Below are positions 59,638-64,000 of a stretch of DNA of 64,000 nt, one piece after another. The notes beneath the pieces are model-generated. The model searched no databases. It saw only the letters and a program-made list of their open reading frames with translations, and had not been told where the DNA came from. Position 1 is the first letter of the stretch. The number at the start of each line of letters is the position of its first letter. The DNA is from Candidatus Woesearchaeota archaeon (lineage in GTDB: Archaea > Nanobdellota > Nanobdellia > Woesearchaeales > JABGUJ01), in the NCBI GenBank assembly GCA_018646625.1, contig JABGUJ010000002.1, forward strand, positions 100,843 through 164,842, written 5' to 3'. The position numbers and the translations under genes were made by a program.

Positions 59638-60789
59638 ATGAAAAAACTATACTTTTTATTGCTTATAACAATCATAGCCGCTATTGGCTGTTCTACCGTT
59701 GAAGAACCTAAACAATTATGCAATGCACCATATATTGAGTTTATGGCTGGTGAGTGTTGTTTGGATGCAGACAATAATTCTATTTGCGATTCGGATGAGA
59801 TATCTGAAGATTTAAGTACCTCTCAACCTATCGAGGTATTAGTGGAAGAAACAGATAATTTGTTAATTGAAGAATCACTATTAATAGTTCCTGCGGACGA
59901 CTTAATATCATTTATTGACTCTGTTATTAATATCGCCTTAGAGTTTAGGGAGAATGATTGGGGATTTAGACTAAACAAATTCGGTCTTCATAATTATGAT
60001 GTTCCAGTCGAGTCAAAGTATGATTTCTATGACAGTCCCTATGCAACTATATTCATCTTTGATCATAATATTACTGACAAAGCGATAACAAGTGCAGTTA
60101 ATGCCAGGTACGCTGATTTTAAATTGTTTATGGAATACAAATATAACACAAGTCAGTATAAAATTAAGTTTGGCCGTTATCCGGAATATACTACTTCAGA
60201 CTTTAAGATAGAATTTGTTTTCGAGACCGAAGACCTTCTCGAGGATAACAACTTATTTACGTTCAAGAGAGGCGCTATAGTTACCAATGTAGTTCAAGGA
60301 GACCAGTTTGATGGAGATGACTTTTATGGCGCTTGGGGACTTACAAGATTTTATGTTCCATGCGGAGCAAATGCATTTGTTGAAATATATCCTAGTGCTT
60401 ATGCAGATTCGGGTGAATGGGACTGGTCGATGGATGAACTAAAAGAAGCATTAGAAAATGATGATGTTAATAACAGAGATGTTGCTTTGCAAATATCAAA
60501 TTACTGTTCACAGGTAGATCTAGTTGAATATAACTCGAAAAGGGCGACGGTAAAAGACTCCCCCACTTTGGAAATTCTCAAGGGGATAACGTCAGTTAGT
60601 TGCGAAGGAAGACAACTAACATTTGTATGCGATAAGAAATCTATGAAATGTTATGGCGGTGGTTGTACAAATACTTTCAAGAAATGGCGTGATGAAGAGA
60701 AAGAATGTTTCGATAATGAAGATTATGCCCTCTTCAAACATTATCGCGTAACCAAAGGTTGTCAAGATCTTCCCAATTGGTTAGGTTAA
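59638..60789 (+). CDS. Secreted lipoprotein (hypothetical)
   Basis: Lipobox-like AAIGCST; Cys-containing N-terminal region. Confidence 0.4.
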   Translation: MKKLYFLLLITIIAAIGCSTVEEPKQLCNAPYIEFMAGECCLDADNNSICDSDEISEDLSTSQPIEVLVEETDNLLIEESLLIVPADDLISFIDSVINIALEFRENDWGFRLNKFGLHNYDVPVESKYDFYDSPYATIFIFDHNITDKAITSAVNARYADFKLFMEYKYNTSQYKIKFGRYPEYTTSDFKIEFVFETEDLLEDNNLFTFKRGAIVTNVVQGDQFDGDDFYGAWGLTRFYVPCGANAFVEIYPSAYADSGEWDWSMDELKEALENDDVNNRDVALQISNYCSQVDLVEYNSKRATVKDSPTLEILKGITSVSCEGRQLTFVCDKKSMKCYGGGCTNTFKKWRDEEKECFDNEDYALFKHYRVTKGCQDLPNWLG

Positions 60790-60794
60790 CGAAA

Positions 60795-61415
60795 ATGGTA
60801 ACGAAGAAACCAACTACTAAACATATTACTCGCTCTGCAACAGTTGTTACAGCCATCTTCATAGTAATTCTGGCAGTTCTTACTGTTCTAATTTTCAAAA
60901 CATACACATTAACTTCAGAGTGCGGTGAACAGACTGAACTGCAGGCCCAGATTGAAGAGATGAATGAAGCAAATGAGAAATTGAATACGCGGGTTATCAA
61001 GCTTGAGAAAGAGATTACAGATGCTGTTAAAGATGAATATGATCTTAGACAAGAGAAAGAAAGTCTAGAATCAACTAAAATATCTTTGGAAAAGCAGTTA
61101 AGAAATACCCGAGAAGAATTGACAAGAGCTATGAAGACACTACAAGATATATATTCACAAAGCGATGCTGAGTTCAGCGCATATGTACGACAATATTCTG
61201 GAAATTTGGTAGTCATAAGTAAAAGTGCTCCTGATGTTCATGAGTGCGTATTCACATTGAATGGAAACCGTAAGATGGGTGGAATCTACGATCTTGAAAT
61301 GGGGCAAGAAGTTGAGTTTGAAAAAGGTAAGAATTTCCCTGACGATATCAATGTAATGAGAGTAGATATTGCTTGCGTAGAAGGAGCTTACTCTTTGACT
61401 TTCGATCTAAAATAA
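60795..61415 (+). CDS. N-terminally anchored coiled-coil membrane protein
   Basis: TM helix VVTAIFIVILAVLTVLIF, then a heptad-rich segment (QAQIEEMNEANEKLNTRVIKLEKEI...). The start is placed at the ATG just after the upstream stop. Confidence 0.4.
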   Translation: MVTKKPTTKHITRSATVVTAIFIVILAVLTVLIFKTYTLTSECGEQTELQAQIEEMNEANEKLNTRVIKLEKEITDAVKDEYDLRQEKESLESTKISLEKQLRNTREELTRAMKTLQDIYSQSDAEFSAYVRQYSGNLVVISKSAPDVHECVFTLNGNRKMGGIYDLEMGQEVEFEKGKNFPDDINVMRVDIACVEGAYSLTFDLK

Positions 61416-61416
61416 A

Positions 61417-62700
61417 ATGACATCATACCTTATTGAATTCAGATTTCAGTCAGTACGGACAAAGCAATACTTAAAGCGAATGGTCTATGAAGTTAATAAA
61501 CGATTCAATGTTGGTAAAGGAAAACACGTACCACATATTTCTTTGGCAGGACCGTTGACTACAAATAACGAGAGAAAACTTATTTCTGATTTTGCAAAAG
61601 TATGTTCTAAAACTAAAGTTATGAAGTTTAAAATGCAAGGATTTGGGACCTTCAGTAATAGTGATGGCAAGAATGTTGTTCATGTGAAGATCGGTGCCAA
61701 TGAACGTCTAAATGACTTCAGGGTTAATATCAGAGATGCCATAAAGACATACTGCACTCTAAAATCTCATGATGAAAAAGACCATAAGGATCATTTCGGG
61801 TATCATAGCACAATTGCAATGAAGTTGAGCGATCATAAATTTCAGCAGATTAAAAGATATATCAATAGCAAACCAAGACCTGACTATTCACAAATTGTTA
61901 TGCGTATGACTCTCATCAAAGGTGGAAAGATTCTGAGAGAGTACGACTTTATGCAAAGAAGACTGCTAACACGAGGTCAAGCTTTGCACAGGAATGAACT
62001 TAGAAAGAGTAAAGAGTTGCTTAGAAGGTTTATGGAGGGCACTTATAATCCTAACAAGGGATTATCTGGAGAATCTAAAACAAAAGTTGAACCCGCAAAA
62101 GTGACAGATTGGGTAGAATGTCCCACCACATCCGATAATTTAACCCAGTGTGATTCTGTACCAAAGACTGGTTTGATCAAACGCTTCACTAATTTATTCT
62201 CAGGTCCCAAAACATATCTTACTTCAGACTTACATCTAGATCACGCAAATATAATCAGATACTGTAATCGCCCTTTTAAGGATAAACGTGAAATGAACAA
62301 AGTTCTAGTAAAGAATTGGAATAATACCATCAGACCTAAAGATAAAGTATACTTTCTAGGAGATTTAGCTTATGGTAGAGGCAGTCATAAAACAGATTGG
62401 TGGTTAAAAAAACTAAACGGAGATATAACGTTTATTGATGGAAATCACGATAATCTTAAGAGAACTCGCGTGCATAAGAAGCTGATAATTCAATACAAGA
62501 GTAAGCAGTTTATGTTGGTACACAATCCTAGAGATATTCCCTCTGACTGGAAAGGGTGGGTGATCTGTGGACACCATCATAACAATCACCCTAATACATT
62601 CCCGTTAGTGAATATGAAAGATAAGATAATCAATGTTTCAACTGAGTTAACTGACTATAAACCAATACTATTTGATGAAATACTAGAGATGATGGAATAA
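61417..62700 (+). CDS. Fusion protein: N-terminal 2H phosphoesterase domain + C-terminal calcineurin-like metallophosphoesterase domain
   Basis: 2H motifs VPHISLAGP and YHSTIAM, paralogous to 56060-57025. Metallophosphoesterase motifs in order: SDLHLDH, GDLAYG, GNHD, LVHNP, GHHH. Confidence 0.6.
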   Translation: MTSYLIEFRFQSVRTKQYLKRMVYEVNKRFNVGKGKHVPHISLAGPLTTNNERKLISDFAKVCSKTKVMKFKMQGFGTFSNSDGKNVVHVKIGANERLNDFRVNIRDAIKTYCTLKSHDEKDHKDHFGYHSTIAMKLSDHKFQQIKRYINSKPRPDYSQIVMRMTLIKGGKILREYDFMQRRLLTRGQALHRNELRKSKELLRRFMEGTYNPNKGLSGESKTKVEPAKVTDWVECPTTSDNLTQCDSVPKTGLIKRFTNLFSGPKTYLTSDLHLDHANIIRYCNRPFKDKREMNKVLVKNWNNTIRPKDKVYFLGDLAYGRGSHKTDWWLKKLNGDITFIDGNHDNLKRTRVHKKLIIQYKSKQFMLVHNPRDIPSDWKGWVICGHHHNNHPNTFPLVNMKDKIINVSTELTDYKPILFDEILEMME

Positions 62701-64000
62701 TGGCGAAAGTTGTAATTCAAACAGGAGGATCGATGGAGTTTCATCCCGTAGATAGTAGTGAACTGGAAGATACTGCATCTACCCTTGCATTCAAAGAGGC
62801 ATTGAGAAAAGAGAGAGAGAGAACTAAACGATTAAGAAAGAGAAGACGAACCCTGTTTACTTCGTTTATAGTTGTAATTGTCGCAGTCATTCTGTTATTG
62901 AATTATTATGGATTAGAAGATAATGAAGATGTTTCTGAAGTTGCGGTTGTTTTGGATAGTCCTGTTATGAATGAAGAAAATGATAATGTTGTGCTGCAGA
63001 ATGAAATGAGAGCAAATCCGCAATCTGAATTTGTGCCTGAAGAGATTAGTTACAAAGAGCAATTTGTGTATCCTGAAGCCTATCACAATAAGTTGGTTGA
63101 GCTAAAAGGTTATGCGACTACAAGATCGGCTACGAGAGTGGGCAAAACATATGTTGATACCTATATTCTAGATGATTTTGGTCGAGAATTAAGATTAGTA
63201 GGGGCAGAAGGTAATGAGATTGTTAATGATCAGTTATATTTAGCTAAAGGCACATTCAAGAATTGGAATACAGGTTTAGGCATAGATGTGAAAACAATTA
63301 AGACAGCTGAGCGTGAACAAATTGAGAAAGTAAAAGAGTTAGAGAATATTATTCCCGAGCTGGATCCCGAGACATATGAGAATACTAGCGAGACTTGGAG
63401 TGCAATCTATTGGTTACGGCAGAAAGCATGTTCAATAACTGACTTAATAACTACCAAATACAATGATATCAAAGAAGTTGCTGCGCAGAAAGTAGAAGAC
63501 GCAAAAGCTAAAGCTGAGCTTGAACTTGAGAAAGCTGAAGCTAAAGCCGAGTGGGAAGAAAAGAAGCGTAAAGAGAAAGAAGTGAAGATCAATGAAGAGC
63601 TAACAAGACGTCAGAGTACTTCTCAAGATAGTAGTGATGGATCAGGAATGAATACAAATCTGATTGAAGCCGAAATCCTAAGATTGGTCAATGAAGAACG
63701 AAGTAGGAATAAGGTATTCTCCTTGAGGGCATCTTCTCATCTAGATGATTTCTCAAAACGTTGGTCAAACAAAATGCTTACAGGAAATTTCTTAGAGCAC
63801 AGCAATTTAGGATTCCCTTATAGTTCCCAAGCGGCAGAGAATATTGCTTATACACCAATCCACTATTCAGTTATTGGTTGTGGTTCGACCTATGGTGAAG
63901 AAAACATGGCTGATTGCTTTGTTAGCGGCTGGATCGAAAGCTCGGGTCATCACACAAATATGATAAATTCGCGTTACTCCAGTACAGGCATTGGTGTTGC
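62700..64000 (+). CDS. Membrane-anchored CAP/SCP/PR-1-domain protein, 3' end truncated by the window
   Basis: My translation from the ATG at 62700 gives an N-terminal TM (LFTSFIVVIVAVILLLNYY) and a coiled-coil KAKAELELEKAEAKAEWEEKKRKEKE. The C-terminal region ...LRASSHLDDFSKRWSNKML...AENIAYT...GHHTNMINSRYSSTGIGV matches CAP-domain motifs. No stop codon falls before position 64000. Confidence 0.45.
   Translation, partial: MAKVVIQTGGSMEFHPVDSSELEDTASTLAFKEALRKERERTKRLRKRRRTLFTSFIVVIVAVILLLNYYGLEDNEDVSEVAVVLDSPVMNEENDNVVLQNEMRANPQSEFVPEEISYKEQFVYPEAYHNKLVELKGYATTRSATRVGKTYVDTYILDDFGRELRLVGAEGNEIVNDQLYLAKGTFKNWNTGLGIDVKTIKTAEREQIEKVKELENIIPELDPETYENTSETWSAIYWLRQKACSITDLITTKYNDIKEVAAQKVEDAKAKAELELEKAEAKAEWEEKKRKEKEVKINEELTRRQSTSQDSSDGSGMNTNLIEAEILRLVNEERSRNKVFSLRASSHLDDFSKRWSNKMLTGNFLEHSNLGFPYSSQAAENIAYTPIHYSVIGCGSTYGEENMADCFVSGWIESSGHHTNMINSRYSSTGIGV

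Noticed and set aside
62809-62824. GAGAGAGAGAGA microsatellite-like run
   Set aside because: It lies in frame within the coding sequence (ERERE) and is too short to call as a repeat feature.
63407-63592. Minus-strand 61 aa ORF rich in Ala/Ser
   Set aside because: It is antisense to the coiled-coil (KAKAELELEKAEAKAE) segment of the plus-strand CAP-domain gene, a typical shadow ORF of a repetitive coding region.
1-64000. Search for rRNA genes or a CRISPR array
   Set aside because: No long GC-rich structured stretches and no regularly spaced direct repeats were seen; the non-coding gaps are short and AT-rich.

Overview
This 64 kb window comes from a low-GC archaeal chromosome. Split rpoB and rpoA genes, rpoH, ribosomal proteins L30e, L15e and S17e, Alba, a Nog1-like GTPase and Dph2 mark it as archaeal. 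Gene density, the high intron frequency in its tRNAs and bacterial-type genes such as metK suggest a DPANN-like lineage, but that is inference. The core content is: MscS, L15e, tmk-thyA, ileS and metG (divergent), H+-pyrophosphatase, four tRNAs (Tyr, Asp, Lys, Arg, three with introns), the complete rpoH-rpoB''-rpoB'-rpoA'-rpoA''-L30e-nusA-S12-S7 operon, a polyamine/hypusine cluster (PLP decarboxylase, agmatinase, deoxyhypusine synthase), bacterial-type MetK, an NSS transporter, S17e and Alba. The accessory content is: (i) a pair of secreted peptidoglycan-directed enzymes (LysM x3 + M15 peptidase; Tat-signal SPOR-like x2 + serine beta-lactamase/DD-peptidase fold) that share a near-identical ~31 nt upstream promoter element and are followed by a stand-alone receiver domain; (ii) a minus-strand operon of giant secreted and membrane proteins next to a Cys-rich module protein; (iii) tandem Lrp/AsnC regulators with TTTCAG-N7-CTGAAA palindromes; (iv) a RelBE module; (v) a tRNA-Arg-adjacent tyrosine integrase heading a putative integrated element that carries two paralogous 2H phosphoesterases (one fused to a calcineurin-like metallophosphoesterase), a zinc ribbon-TM-SHOCT protein, lipoproteins and a CAP/SCP-domain protein. 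No rRNA or CRISPR array was seen.
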